Position numbers and translations under genes: made by a program. A stretch of DNA of 64,000 bases from a virus. The notes beneath the pieces are model-generated. The model was not told where the DNA came from. It was given only the letters and a program-made list of their open reading frames with translations, and made no database searches. The stretch is taken from positions 1 to 64,000 of the IMG/VR virus record IMGVR_UViG_3300050122_000130. The stretch is one strand, 5' to 3'. Every line of letters begins with the position of its first letter. The stretch's first letter is position 1. Below are positions 34,621 through 44,032 of the stretch, piece after piece.

Positions 34621-35607
34621 TTAGGAGATGTTGGTGACCTTGATCAGTTCACCGACAGCACCAGCAGATGCAGCACGCCACTTCGTTTCGATCGAGGCCT
34701 GCGCCGAAATCGCGGTCGAAGAAGCCGTTTGCGACGGGCTCACCACATAAGTGCCGGCACCTCCCGCCGATCCGGTGAGCTGCTGTGTGACCACGGTACC
34801 GGTCGTCACGCCGCTGCCAGTCAGGATCTGACCGGGCCCGAAACCGGAGACCACCGTGCCACCGACCGTGAGAACACCGTAAGTGCCAGTGATCGTGGTC
34901 GATGCAGCGTTCTGCTCCGGGATATTGACGTTGTAACGGCCGAGACCGTTCAGCGCTTCACCCGCGAGCAGCGGGGTGATCTGGCTGACGATCTGCGTTC
35001 CGGTGGCAACGCCGGTACCGCTCAGAATCGAGCCGGGGTAGAAGTTGCCGGTCAATACGCCGCCGGCGGTGAACACGTCGCCGATGAGCGTGCTAGCCGT
35101 CGCATTGGCGGTCGCCGGCGCAATCGAAGATGCCGATCCAGAACCGCCGCTCGGCGTCGAGCCGGCAGCAGCAAACGAGGCCGAGCCATCCGCATAGTTG
35201 GCGAATGCCTTCATGCCGACAGTGGCGGCGGCGGCACCGTTGTTGACCACCCACATGTCGACTTCGTTGTAACAAGCGATCTGGAAACCGCTCTGCAGAT
35301 ATTGCACCGCGGTGCCCAGATAGGCAGTGATCATGCCGACCTGGCGTCGGGAGACGATACCCGCGGGCAAGCCAGAACCGAACGTGTTCAGCGTGGCCGG
35401 AGCATTGTCGTTGTCGATCGTGGCGTACGACGTCCAGCCGAAGCGGCCGATGACGCAGCCAGTGACGACAACACCGCTGATAACGCCAGCACCGGAGATG
35501 AGTCCGCCTTCGCCGGCGAGGACGGTAGCGCGCGGATTCGCCGAAGCAAAATCACCGGCATTGCCGGGCGCCTGGATCGAGTTAACCTGGTTGGGAAAGT
35601 CGGGCAT
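34621..35607 (-). CDS. capsid decoration / cement protein
   Basis: F.NQVN..APG.AGDFASANPR; immediately upstream of the capsid gene. Confidence 0.85.
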   Translation of the reverse strand: MPDFPNQVNSIQAPGNAGDFASANPRATVLAGEGGLISGAGVISGVVVTGCVIGRFGWTSYATIDNDNAPATLNTFGSGLPAGIVSRRQVGMITAYLGTAVQYLQSGFQIACYNEVDMWVVNNGAAAATVGMKAFANYADGSASFAAAGSTPSGGSGSASSIAPATANATASTLIGDVFTAGGVLTGNFYPGSILSGTGVATGTQIVSQITPLLAGEALNGLGRYNVNIPEQNAASTTITGTYGVLTVGGTVVSGFGPGQILTGSGVTTGTVVTQQLTGSAGGAGTYVVSPSQTASSTAISAQASIETKWRAASAGAVGELIKVTNIS

Positions 35608-35635
35608 CGAATTTTTCTCCTGTTCGATGAAAGTT

Positions 35636-35796
35636 GCGGGGAAGGGGATCAAAAAAATCCCCCTCCCCGGAATGGGAAGAGGGCCGAAAAGGTCACAGCC
35701 TGCGGTGCGTTCTTTCCGCCTACAGAGAATCGGAGGGCCAATTCTCTTTGCTAACGACGATCAGCTAAGGCTGTTACGAGCGGAGGAAGCCGCCCG
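35636..35796 (-). ncRNA. putative structured RNA: hairpin, multi-way junction and terminator
   Basis: CGGGCGG-CTTCCT-CCGCTCG; ACAGCCT/AGGCTGT closing three hairpins; CCCTCTTCCC/GGGGAGGGG followed by T7. Confidence 0.5.
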
Positions 35797-35802
35797 GTTC
35801 GT

Positions 35803-36876
35803 TTACTGGTGGCCGATACGCTCGAGGTTCTTGGCCAGACCCGGATTGCGCTTCGCGATCTCGCCGGAGGCGGAAGTCTGCTCCGCGGAATCCATCGCGT
35901 AGGTCTGCTTTTTGCCGCCGTCCTTCGGAGGCAGAGCATCGAAGGCAAACTTGAGCATTTCGACGTTTGCCTCTTTCGGCGGCTTCTTGCCGGAAGCGAT
36001 CTCGATCGCCTTGCTGAAGACCTGCGCAGCACTGTCGAAGGCCATGCCGCTGAGATTTCCGACGCGACCACGGACGTGATCCTTGGCAACGGCGACTGCA
36101 TCCATGCGGTCGCGCTCCTTCTTGATGCCGGCGTTGATGCCGGCCTGGATCTTCTCGTCCATCGCCTTGTCCTTCTCCTCGTCGTCTTCATCGTTGGCGG
36201 TTTCTTTGGGCGTCTCCGGATCGTGCTCTTCGTCTTCCTCGTTGACGTCCTTGTCCTTGGCGCCAGCGGTGAGCTTGCCGTCCTTGCTCTTCTTGGCATC
36301 TTTAGCCTTTTTGTCAGCCGCCTTCTTGGCTTCCATGCGCTTTTTCATGCGCTCGGCCTTCTCCTCGTCGGTCTCGGCCTCTTCGTCGTCGGCCATGTCC
36401 TCATCGTCCATGTCCTCGTCTTTGGCCTTGTCTTCCTTTTTGTCCTTCATATCGTCGGGGAAATCGTCGCACGCGACCTCGATCATATCGAGCACGGCAT
36501 CGAGCCCCTTCGGATCCAGCGCGCCGTCTTGCGCATACTGCGGATCGAGGTGACCCTCGACCGAAGCGTTGATCCATGCGCCAAGAACCGGACGCTTGGC
36601 CTTGAAATTCTTCGCATTGATATTGCGAAGACCCTTGTTCAGGTCGATCTTCGCATCCATCGCAAGCTGCGGACGCAGGAATGTGGTCAGCATGCCATAC
36701 GCGACAGTGCCGAGCGCCGACAGTTTAGCTTTCTTGATCATGGTCTTCTCCTTGATGTCAGGGTTAACGGAGTCGTATGCGCGCTCAGTCAGAAGTGACT
36801 CGTCGAGACCGAGCGCCACGATGGCCTCACGAGGAGTCTTGAATTTCTTGCGAAGTGCGTCACGCAATTTGCTCAT
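35803..36876 (-). CDS. head scaffolding protein
   Basis: Highly charged; many A-x-D motifs; between protease and decoration; ATGA coupling. Confidence 0.8.
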   Translation of the reverse strand: MSKLRDALRKKFKTPREAIVALGLDESLLTERAYDSVNPDIKEKTMIKKAKLSALGTVAYGMLTTFLRPQLAMDAKIDLNKGLRNINAKNFKAKRPVLGAWINASVEGHLDPQYAQDGALDPKGLDAVLDMIEVACDDFPDDMKDKKEDKAKDEDMDDEDMADDEEAETDEEKAERMKKRMEAKKAADKKAKDAKKSKDGKLTAGAKDKDVNEEDEEHDPETPKETANDEDDEEKDKAMDEKIQAGINAGIKKERDRMDAVAVAKDHVRGRVGNLSGMAFDSAAQVFSKAIEIASGKKPPKEANVEMLKFAFDALPPKDGGKKQTYAMDSAEQTSASGEIAKRNPGLAKNLERIGHQ

Positions 36877-39413
36877 AGGTGCAGCCCCAGGATTGCCGAC
36901 TCGATCAGAGCCCACGGATCGATCGCGCCGTCGCCGACCACAACATCGCTACCCGCGCGGCCCTCAGAAACGAGCGCAACGTGATTTCCGATGATGTCGC
37001 GCATAACACCGTCGTAGGGCTTGCCCTCGTAAATGCCTGGCGTCATGTCAGCGCGGTAGCGATAGGCGCTGGACAATTCCTTTTTGCGTTTACTCTCGAC
37101 CGCGTTGATGCCGCGCTCAGCCCAGATGACGAGGCTGTTTTTCAGGTGCGGATGTTCGAACGAAGCGTCGGTACCGGTCGAACCGACCACGAGCTCAGGA
37201 CGATGGTTGGCGGCGTTGACGCCGACATGCTGATCGAGCAACGGCAGATTGTTGAAGGTCGACTCCGCCTTCTTCAGCTCCGCAGGATCTCGCAACAATT
37301 GATAGATACGGCCGGGATCGAGCCCCAGCTCCTTGTACTTCGGAATTTCCTTTCCGAGATACGGGTTCACAATCGCCTTCGAGATGTTCGAAATCTCGAC
37401 GTGCATGCGGCCGTCGGCGTCGATCCTGCGCACCGTCACCGGCGCGCGATCGAACGCCAAGCCGTGGCGCTCGATCCCAGGAATGGTTGCCCGGTCGAAC
37501 GCCAGCTCCTCGCCGTCGAGCTCGACGTCATGAATCTTGTCGGCGCCGTCGCCGTCCCAGCCGAACGGCACGATCTTGTCGTCTTCGTCGCGCGCCTCGA
37601 TCGTGCGTGACGCGCCGATCGATCCCAGCCGCTTCATGTGGCTCAGCAGGCCCTTGAAATTGAAGTCGCCGCTGTAGCGGACGGTCAGCGTGTGCTCGGC
37701 ATTGTACGGTTTCCGATCCCGCGCGAGGCCCGCGAACATGCCGTCCATCGCCTTCACACCGACTCGAGTCGCGAGATTCTTCTTCCTCGCAATGAGCCGA
37801 TCGGCCAATTCCTTGTCATCGCCGACGGCTTCGCGGATCTTCGCGTCCGGGATCTTTGAGACGCGCTCGACCGACGCCGAGAGCTCAGCTTCGGTCATCG
37901 GTGCGAACAGCTTCGCGGCGTCCGGGTTCATGCCCTTGTCGCGCAGTGTGTCGAATTCCGTAACCTTGTCGCCGAACGCCGCCCCCTTGGCCCCCCCCTG
38001 AGCACGGAAGCGCAGCGAACCGCCTACATCCAGCGTGGTCGTCTTACCTTCGAGGATCCCTTGATTGTCTCCACCCGTACCAGCCGCGTCCCAATTAGAA
38101 AGCCAGGCATGGATAGCGAAGTCTTTAGCCGCTTCTTTGCGCTCAGCCGGCGTGAACTCGCTGATGTTTTTCTTTTCGAGCTTCCGCCATTCCGTCGCAA
38201 CATGCTGACCGCCTTCCACATCGCGGTAGGGCAGCGTCGCGGCGCCGGCGAGCTGGTACAGGCGCGCGGCGGCGCGCTCATTGTCCGCGTGGGCCTTAGT
38301 CGGGGCTTTCTTGATGTAAAATTTGGAACCGCTTTTATCTTCGTAGGTTCCGCCCTCGTTCGATCCCAGCTTGCCGCCCTTTTTCGACAACTCGCCCATC
38401 TTCAAGGGTGAACTTGCGCCCTTCTCCGATGACTTTGCCTTTGAGGAGTTCCCGGAATGGGCTGATGCACTCGCAGAGGAACCGCTCCCGCTCCCGAATT
38501 TCCCGTCGTCTTTGCGCGGATGATCGCCCTCGTTCCATTCGTCGCTCGCTAAGGTTCCAAGGCTGCGCATGAACAGCGCCATATCGAAGGCCTTCGTGAT
38601 GCCCAGGCCCTTGCTCACGGTCTTGAAGATGGGAGCAACCCCCGACCCGCCGCATTTATCGCACCCAGCGCCCGCGCAGGCCCCGCAAACGCTATCCTGC
38701 GCAAGACGACGCTTCGCCAGCCGCTTCAGGCGGGCGTCAATCTTCCCGCCGACCGGGGTTCCGGTGTTGACGATCGTCGCCAGCGCCGGCTGATTATCGT
38801 CAGCGTGTTCCGGTTCCGCTTCTTCCTCGCGCGTCCACTTCGCGAAGTTCTCGCGCAGCTCCGCCCAATCCTCCGGCGCCATGTCCTGCGCCATGCCGAG
38901 ATTTTCGCCAAGCACCCGGGTGACGTTCGGATGCATCGGCTCCGGCAGTTTGTCGAGCGGAAACCAGCCGAATTCCGAATGCTCCTCGTTCAGCTTCGGT
39001 TTGAACTTGTCCTCGACCGATTCAGTGAACGTGTGGAACATCATCCCGTTCGGAGTCTGCACCAGGTCGAGCAGCTTCTTCCGGCCGGTAGCGGCCGGCG
39101 CCGTCGATCCGAGCTCCTCGCGAGCTTCGCGATCGGCGCATTGCTCCGGAGATTCCCCTGCATCAGCTTTGCCGCCCGGTAGCGCCCAGTGCCCGACGTA
39201 GTTGTCCTTGCCTTCCTCGCCCGCGCGCTTGATCAGTAGCACATCGCCATCTGGTGCCACGAACACGATGCCGGCCGCGATCGGCAGCGCTGCGTCTTCT
39301 CCGGCTTCCTTGTATGCGATAGCAGCAGCCTGCTTTACAGGTCTTCCCAGCTTAGTGAGTTCAGCTATATTAGCCGATATCACTTTCTGGGATGATCCCT
39401 GCTTCAGTGGCAT
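36873..39413 (-). CDS. prohead protease (DUF2213-like) polyprotein with NUDIX, Zn-finger, kinase-like and WDGDG domains
   Basis: Nudix box [23 protein letters not shown]; GSNEGG..FYIK..NE..NWD..DN..DVGG; C-terminal LLDQH..ELSSAY..NHVALV..GRAG. Confidence 0.88.
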   Translation of the reverse strand: MPLKQGSSQKVISANIAELTKLGRPVKQAAAIAYKEAGEDAALPIAAGIVFVAPDGDVLLIKRAGEEGKDNYVGHWALPGGKADAGESPEQCADREAREELGSTAPAATGRKKLLDLVQTPNGMMFHTFTESVEDKFKPKLNEEHSEFGWFPLDKLPEPMHPNVTRVLGENLGMAQDMAPEDWAELRENFAKWTREEEAEPEHADDNQPALATIVNTGTPVGGKIDARLKRLAKRRLAQDSVCGACAGAGCDKCGGSGVAPIFKTVSKGLGITKAFDMALFMRSLGTLASDEWNEGDHPRKDDGKFGSGSGSSASASAHSGNSSKAKSSEKGASSPLKMGELSKKGGKLGSNEGGTYEDKSGSKFYIKKAPTKAHADNERAAARLYQLAGAATLPYRDVEGGQHVATEWRKLEKKNISEFTPAERKEAAKDFAIHAWLSNWDAAGTGGDNQGILEGKTTTLDVGGSLRFRAQGGAKGAAFGDKVTEFDTLRDKGMNPDAAKLFAPMTEAELSASVERVSKIPDAKIREAVGDDKELADRLIARKKNLATRVGVKAMDGMFAGLARDRKPYNAEHTLTVRYSGDFNFKGLLSHMKRLGSIGASRTIEARDEDDKIVPFGWDGDGADKIHDVELDGEELAFDRATIPGIERHGLAFDRAPVTVRRIDADGRMHVEISNISKAIVNPYLGKEIPKYKELGLDPGRIYQLLRDPAELKKAESTFNNLPLLDQHVGVNAANHRPELVVGSTGTDASFEHPHLKNSLVIWAERGINAVESKRKKELSSAYRYRADMTPGIYEGKPYDGVMRDIIGNHVALVSEGRAGSDVVVGDGAIDPWALIESAILGLHL

Positions 39414-40131
39414 TTTTGTTTTTCCATCTATTTGGCGGTCGCGTGCCAAGGCGCTTATGCGCTGCGCTCATCTTGGCTTTAGTTTCATCGGAATGCTTGC
39501 GGCCAATGCTTAGCTGTCTCAGCATTTCCATATGTTCGGGAGACGAACGAAGACCGCTAGTGTTTCTTGTCGCACTCATTTTTTGGCGAGTTTCCAACGA
39601 AACCTTGCGACCTGTTTGAGTCTGCGATCTTTTCAGATTGCTCTCTGGAGTAATAATTTGATTAGCTCTTGCAACTCGGATTTTATCGCGAGTTTTTTCA
39701 GAAAGAGGTATCCCGGCTCGACTACTCAATACCAAACGGCCTGCATCCGTCATGATGTGCGGTTTCGACATTTTTTTGAGCGTTTCCGCTGAATGTCGTC
39801 TGCCTGCGCGTTTAGCTGCGACCTCTGGTGAAGACATCGGGCTGGTCTCTCCGCCCAATCCGACATTGTAGCCTTGTGATCGGTCAGTCGTCCGAAAGAA
39901 CCTAATGAACTCTATTTCTAGGCTCAGTATTTCGTGCTTCTCACCAAGCGCCAGAACTTGAGGAACCAAGTTGTTAGTCCCGTAGCGCATGATAGCCTGA
40001 TGAACGGGTAGATTAGATCCTCGTCTCGCATCACTGCAATGCCTCATCCAACGATGTCTTATCGTTTTTGAGGTAATGCCAAAATATCGCTTTCCATTCG
40101 GAAATTCGATCACATAGAGTAGGTAAGCCAT
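39370..40131 (-). CDS. GIY-YIG homing endonuclease with NUMOD3 repeats
   Basis: LLY..YFGIT..RW..H..AI..YG..E..GYN..GG; repeated GR.HS.ET..KMS. Confidence 0.9.
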   Translation of the reverse strand: MAYLLYVIEFPNGKRYFGITSKTIRHRWMRHCSDARRGSNLPVHQAIMRYGTNNLVPQVLALGEKHEILSLEIEFIRFFRTTDRSQGYNVGLGGETSPMSSPEVAAKRAGRRHSAETLKKMSKPHIMTDAGRLVLSSRAGIPLSEKTRDKIRVARANQIITPESNLKRSQTQTGRKVSLETRQKMSATRNTSGLRSSPEHMEMLRQLSIGRKHSDETKAKMSAAHKRLGTRPPNRWKNKNATEAGIIPESDIG

Positions 40132-40199
40132 CTGGGCGCTCCAACGCTCATTTCGGTTAGAGGCCGTTCAGTGTGTCGAGCACTGTACGGCCTCGTCTT

Positions 40200-40228
40200 C
40201 TTATACTAGCTCCTACTGACTATCGCAA
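40200..40228 (-). promoter_or_regulatory. sigma70-like promoter of the GIY-YIG gene
   Basis: TTGCGA-N17-TATAAG, followed by a leader hairpin. Confidence 0.65.
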
Positions 40229-40258
40229 CGCTCTCTGCACTGCCAAAACTTGAAGTGC

Positions 40259-40384
40259 CTATGCCTTGAAGCAGTCCTCACAGCGGTCCGAACTGATGAC
40301 CCTGGGACTGACGCTGACATACTTCTCGACGGATGGCTTCTGGCCGCAGTCCGTGCAGACAGGTTCAGCCGGTTTCTTTTTCAC
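40259..40384 (-). CDS. 41-aa zinc-ribbon peptide (not in the ORF track)
   Basis: GTGA overlap; CTDC...CEDC. Confidence 0.5.
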   Translation of the reverse strand: MKKKPAEPVCTDCGQKPSVEKYVSVSPRVISSDRCEDCFKA

Positions 40385-40662
40385 TTCGGTTTCTTTCGCC
40401 CGCGCGTATCGAGCGCGGTTCGATTATTGTTGCGGCCCTTGTTCACTGCCGGCGGACGCAGACCGAGCCGGCGCTGATAGGCGCGGACGTGCGTGGCGCT
40501 GAAACCGCAGACACCGATCTCGGCCGCGAGTATTTCCGGATCCAGACCCTGCGGCGCGTCCCTCAAAATCTTTTCGATCTCTGGGGAGTCGTACGGGTCG
40601 CGAAACTTCATTGTCGAACTGGTGCTGATCCACCAATCATCTGAATTCCCGAAGTTCTCCAT
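40381..40662 (-). CDS. hypothetical protein, possible HTH
   Basis: TGATG coupling; basic C-terminus. Confidence 0.55.
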   Translation of the reverse strand: MENFGNSDDWWISTSSTMKFRDPYDSPEIEKILRDAPQGLDPEILAAEIGVCGFSATHVRAYQRRLGLRPPAVNKGRNNNRTALDTRGRKKPK

Positions 40663-41093
40663 CAGCCAAGACGATAGGTCAGCGTCACAGCTTCTTCGGT
40701 ACGCCCCTGCTTCTTGGCGATCGCACGCATGGCGCTGTTGCGCACATGCGTTCCTGACTGAATCGTTACTGCTTTGAGTTCAGCGGCCTTCTCGACCATT
40801 GCCGCCCACAAAGCGTTGTAGAGCCCGCGGCCGCGGAATTCCGGGAGCGTATAGCTCTGGAAGATCCACACGCGCCCGGTATCCTTGTCAAAATTCCAGG
40901 TCATCACCGCGGCGGGTATCATTTCGCGGCCGTTCTGCGCGTAGGCGATAAAGGCGTTAAGCGACGTAAAGACGTTCAGCGTCCCGTCACCGTACCCCTT
41001 CTCGACACATTCCGCCCAGCCGCGCACCGCGAGCTCGAGCGCTGGCGTATTGTTCAGGCCCTCGACGTACACGATCTTGATCTCGTCGCTCAC
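40662..41093 (-). CDS. GNAT acetyltransferase
   Basis: YTLPEFRGRGLY acetyl-CoA motif; N.AM...KQG. Confidence 0.85.
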   Translation of the reverse strand: MSDEIKIVYVEGLNNTPALELAVRGWAECVEKGYGDGTLNVFTSLNAFIAYAQNGREMIPAAVMTWNFDKDTGRVWIFQSYTLPEFRGRGLYNALWAAMVEKAAELKAVTIQSGTHVRNSAMRAIAKKQGRTEEAVTLTYRLG

Positions 41094-41187
41094 TCGTCAA
41101 ACTCCGATCATCTGAACGAGCGGCCACCGAATCCAGATCATCCGCCGCGTACGCCAAAAAACCAGACGTGAAGATCGTACTGCATTT

Positions 41188-41352
41188 TCAAATTCGGCCC
41201 ACGAGCAGCAAGATGATCAAGATCACGACGATCAGACCGAGACCGCCGCCGACTCGATAACCACCGCCATAGAACGGACCGCCGCCCATGCCGCTGAAGC
41301 CGCCGAGCAGCGCGATAACGAGAATAATCAGAATGATGGTGCCGATCGACAT
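41188..41352 (-). CDS. small membrane protein (DUF3309-like)
   Basis: MSIGTIILIILVIALLGG..GGLGLIVVILIILLLVGRI; AAGGAGG RBS. Confidence 0.85.
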   Translation of the reverse strand: MSIGTIILIILVIALLGGFSGMGGGPFYGGGYRVGGGLGLIVVILIILLLVGRI

Positions 41353-41366
41353 GGTGGCCTCCTTCG

Positions 41367-41840
41367 TTATTGCCGCGCACCGATCGCGATATACTCGCCG
41401 GGCCCGGCATTCTTGTTGTCGCGATCGAGCGTCACGCGAAGATCGGTCGATCCGTTCAGCATCAGGACCAGGTCCGACGACGAACTGATGATGCCAGGGG
41501 GTACCATCGGCGAATTCTGCACGGTGGTCTTCCAGTGTGCACTCTCGAAGGCGTTCTCCAGGTTCAGCGCCAGATCGCCGCATTTGCTGTCCTCGAGACA
41601 GAAAATGGTCACTTCGCCCGGCTTGTCCTTCAATTTCGTGGTCAGGTCGTCAATTTCAGCCTGACTGAGCTCCGGCCAGATGGTTCTCGCCATCCGTTGG
41701 GCCTTTGCCGGGCTTACGGTGCCCGCTGGTGCGGTGACGACGCGGGTGACTACTGGCGCGCGGGTCACGCTCAAATAACCCACAGAGGCCGCCACAGCGA
41801 CTAACGAGGCCACGATCGAGGGGATGACATGCTCTCTCAT
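41367..41840 (-). CDS. membrane-anchored hypothetical protein
   Basis: N-terminal TM segment; CLEDSKC pair. Confidence 0.65.
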   Translation of the reverse strand: MREHVIPSIVASLVAVAASVGYLSVTRAPVVTRVVTAPAGTVSPAKAQRMARTIWPELSQAEIDDLTTKLKDKPGEVTIFCLEDSKCGDLALNLENAFESAHWKTTVQNSPMVPPGIISSSSDLVLMLNGSTDLRVTLDRDNKNAGPGEYIAIGARQ

Positions 41841-42055
41841 GGTATCCCCGCTGGTCGATCGATTGCAGGAGGCGGTTCAGCCGCCGGAGCCGGCGCGTAG
41901 ACCGGCGCCGGGCCCTTGTCGCGCTTCATCACGACCGAGACTTTCGGCTTGTGCGGGATCGGCAGATCAGCGCCATAAGCGACCGAGAAAATCAGCGCAC
42001 CCACCGACACCACTAAAGCGAACACAGATAGTGCCAGCGATATTCGATACAGCAT
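41837..42055 (-). CDS. small exported/TM protein (ADLP motif, Pro-rich)
   Basis: Hydrophobic N-terminus, then AYG-ADLPIP. Confidence 0.55.
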   Translation of the reverse strand: MLYRISLALSVFALVVSVGALIFSVAYGADLPIPHKPKVSVVMKRDKGPAPVYAPAPAAEPPPAIDRPAGIP

Positions 42056-42060
42056 CGTGC

Positions 42061-42414
42061 TCAATCCTGCGTTTCTTTGGCGAAGTCGCCGTGTTTGTCG
42101 ACCGGCGCCGGCAGCAGCGGCATCTGTACGATATCGGAACGCTTGTGCCAACTGTCCGGGCAGAACTGAATTTTGCCGTCGGTGATGATGTAATGGCAAA
42201 GGATATTTTGCTTTTCACCACGGCCGAGATTGGTTTGCGGGTCGATCCCACCAGTCCAGCGAACGAAGGTCTGCGCAAAGCTTGGCGAGAACGTTGGCTT
42301 CTGCACGTCGCCATTGAAGGTCCAACTATCGGGCAGGATGTGAACTTCCTCGCATGCCGGACACCAGTGAGCGTGACCGGTAATTGTTTTGCGGAGTATC
42401 GGGCTGACCTGCAT
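42061..42414 (-). CDS. DUF6527-like metal-binding protein
   Basis: HWCPAC..H..WTFNGD..PTFSPS..CHY.ITDG.IQFC.D..H. Confidence 0.8.
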   Translation of the reverse strand: MQVSPILRKTITGHAHWCPACEEVHILPDSWTFNGDVQKPTFSPSFAQTFVRWTGGIDPQTNLGRGEKQNILCHYIITDGKIQFCPDSWHKRSDIVQMPLLPAPVDKHGDFAKETQD

Positions 42415-42514
42415 CAGGAATATCTCTGAGCGACGATCATCACAATCACCATGAAGATCACCATCATCGCCACGATTCCAGCGGCCTGCCATATCTCTTT
42501 ACGTCCAGAACGCC

Positions 42515-42871
42515 TCACAGCCGCGCGCTCGTCATATACTTGTCGTCAGGGACATCTGGCATCTCAACCGTCTGTCCGCGCAGCGAATGCGTGCAGTCAC
42601 CGAGAAACTCTATCATCCCATTGCGAATGAAGTAGTGGCAGACCGTGCTCGCGACACCGCGCTGATATTCCTTCATGTCCGGTGTGTTCACCCGCATATT
42701 GATGCTCGGCGAGAACGTCGGCTTGTACCGGTTGTTGTTGAACGTCCACTTCGCACCAGATGAGTTTGGCTCGTCAACGTTAATCTCGTGGCCATAGCCA
42801 CAGCCTGGACACCAGTGACCGTAGCCACCCTGCGGCCAATACTTGCGATCGAGCGCTACCAGCTTGCTCAC
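42515..42871 (-). CDS. DUF6527-like metal-binding protein
   Basis: HWCPGC..H..WTFN..PTFSPS..CHYFIRNG.IEFL.DCTH. Confidence 0.8.
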   Translation of the reverse strand: MSKLVALDRKYWPQGGYGHWCPGCGYGHEINVDEPNSSGAKWTFNNNRYKPTFSPSINMRVNTPDMKEYQRGVASTVCHYFIRNGMIEFLGDCTHSLRGQTVEMPDVPDDKYMTSARL

Positions 42872-43341
42872 GGCGTCAGCTTTCCATCGCGCAAAAATCC
42901 ATGCCACTCATTGTTCGAACCCATGAAGAACGAGCCGGCGCCCGCGGCGCACGTCTTGCCGTTCTTGTCGACGGTGATTTTCTCGCCAACAGTGCCGTGC
43001 CGTACCCAGCACCGGTGCTCGTGGTCTTCCTTCATCGTGCAGTTCGACGCGCGGCCCTCGATCGCCCACGAATGACCGTCGGCGTGCTTGCAGTAGATCG
43101 ACAGGCCGTCATAGCCCACGCGCGGATATGAATTAGGCCCAGCGCCGTTTGTGCGGCGTGCGGACCAAAGCGCGCCCGTCGGCATCTCGTTCCAGCGAAC
43201 CTCGCGACCGGTAGTCGTCTCACGCATGATCGGCGAGCTCACGCCATCCTTGTCGAAGCCGCTCATCTTCGGCTTGCCCTCAGCATCGAGGACGTGTTCC
43301 CACCAGGTCGTCTCGAAGACAGCGTGCGGATCGATCGTCAT
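42868..43341 (-). CDS. divergent DUF6527-like Cys/His protein
   Basis: NC..H.CW.RHG..TC..S..WHGFLRDG. Confidence 0.65.
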   Translation of the reverse strand: MTIDPHAVFETTWWEHVLDAEGKPKMSGFDKDGVSSPIMRETTTGREVRWNEMPTGALWSARRTNGAGPNSYPRVGYDGLSIYCKHADGHSWAIEGRASNCTMKEDHEHRCWVRHGTVGEKITVDKNGKTCAAGAGSFFMGSNNEWHGFLRDGKLTP

Positions 43342-43367
43342 GACAAGCAATCTCCGCAATCCGACAA

Positions 43368-43399
43368 GCAAAAGGCCCCGACTGTAAAGTCGAGGCCTT
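43368..43399 (-). terminator. rho-independent terminator
   Basis: AAGGCCTCGAC-TTTACA-GTCGGGGCC followed by TTTT. Confidence 0.7.
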
Positions 43400-43514
43400 G
43401 GCCGTTATTTATTGCAAGTCCGTGTCGCCACGAGCCCGGGCGACCGCGCGAAGCTTACCTCAACATCTCCGACAAATGCTAAGGGGCGCCGGCTCGGCCG
43501 GCGGCAGTATTGGG

Positions 43515-43763
43515 CTATCGCTGGAGAAAGTAGCCGTGGCCACCTCCGAAACCGCCAAGCAGGCACGAGATGATCTCAGCTAGCAGATAGATAATTCGGA
43601 TCGATATCGACAGCATGATGATTATCAGCAAAACCTGCGTGATCCACGGAATTCCGGACATGCTCTCGAGCCAAGGTCCGATCAGCCGGCAAATCTTCAA
43701 TGCCGCGATGATACACATAAACCAAACGATTAACTCGACAACGAACCAGATTGAAAAGCACAT
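43515..43763 (-). CDS. small 2-TM membrane protein
   Basis: GGAGG RBS; two hydrophobic helices. Confidence 0.7.
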   Translation of the reverse strand: MCFSIWFVVELIVWFMCIIAALKICRLIGPWLESMSGIPWITQVLLIIIMLSISIRIIYLLAEIISCLLGGFGGGHGYFLQR

Positions 43764-44032
43764 CGCTCAGCCTCCAAGGGTTAAGCCGACGCAACGCGCG
43801 AGAGTTTAGTTCGTTCCTCTCACACCCAACCCAGAACCCAAAAAATGAAAGCCCAAAGCGGAAGCGCGATCGCTACCGCCAGCACCCAAGGCCAGGATGC
43901 GGAATAGATTATTTTCAAGACAGGTGATCCATTTTGACCATGCTTCCACTTCAAAGCCTGACTTAAACTTTCCCCATGAGACAGCATCCTCGCCCAATTT
44001 GGGTCGACAGCGGTTTGTTTCCGCCGATTGAT

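Noticed and set aside
33547-37610. Long plus-strand ORFs (33547..34599, 34729..35754, 35809..36798, 36879..37610)
   Set aside because: Antisense shadows of capsid, decoration, scaffold and protease genes, expected from GC-rich codon bias; no motifs.
31589-40131. GIY-YIG genes as group I intron-encoded
   Set aside because: Flanking genes look complete and abut the ORFs, leaving no space for an intron core.
40288-40312. CTGATGA hammerhead-like core
   Set aside because: No downstream GAAA or stem II; it lies antisense to a small zinc-ribbon ORF.
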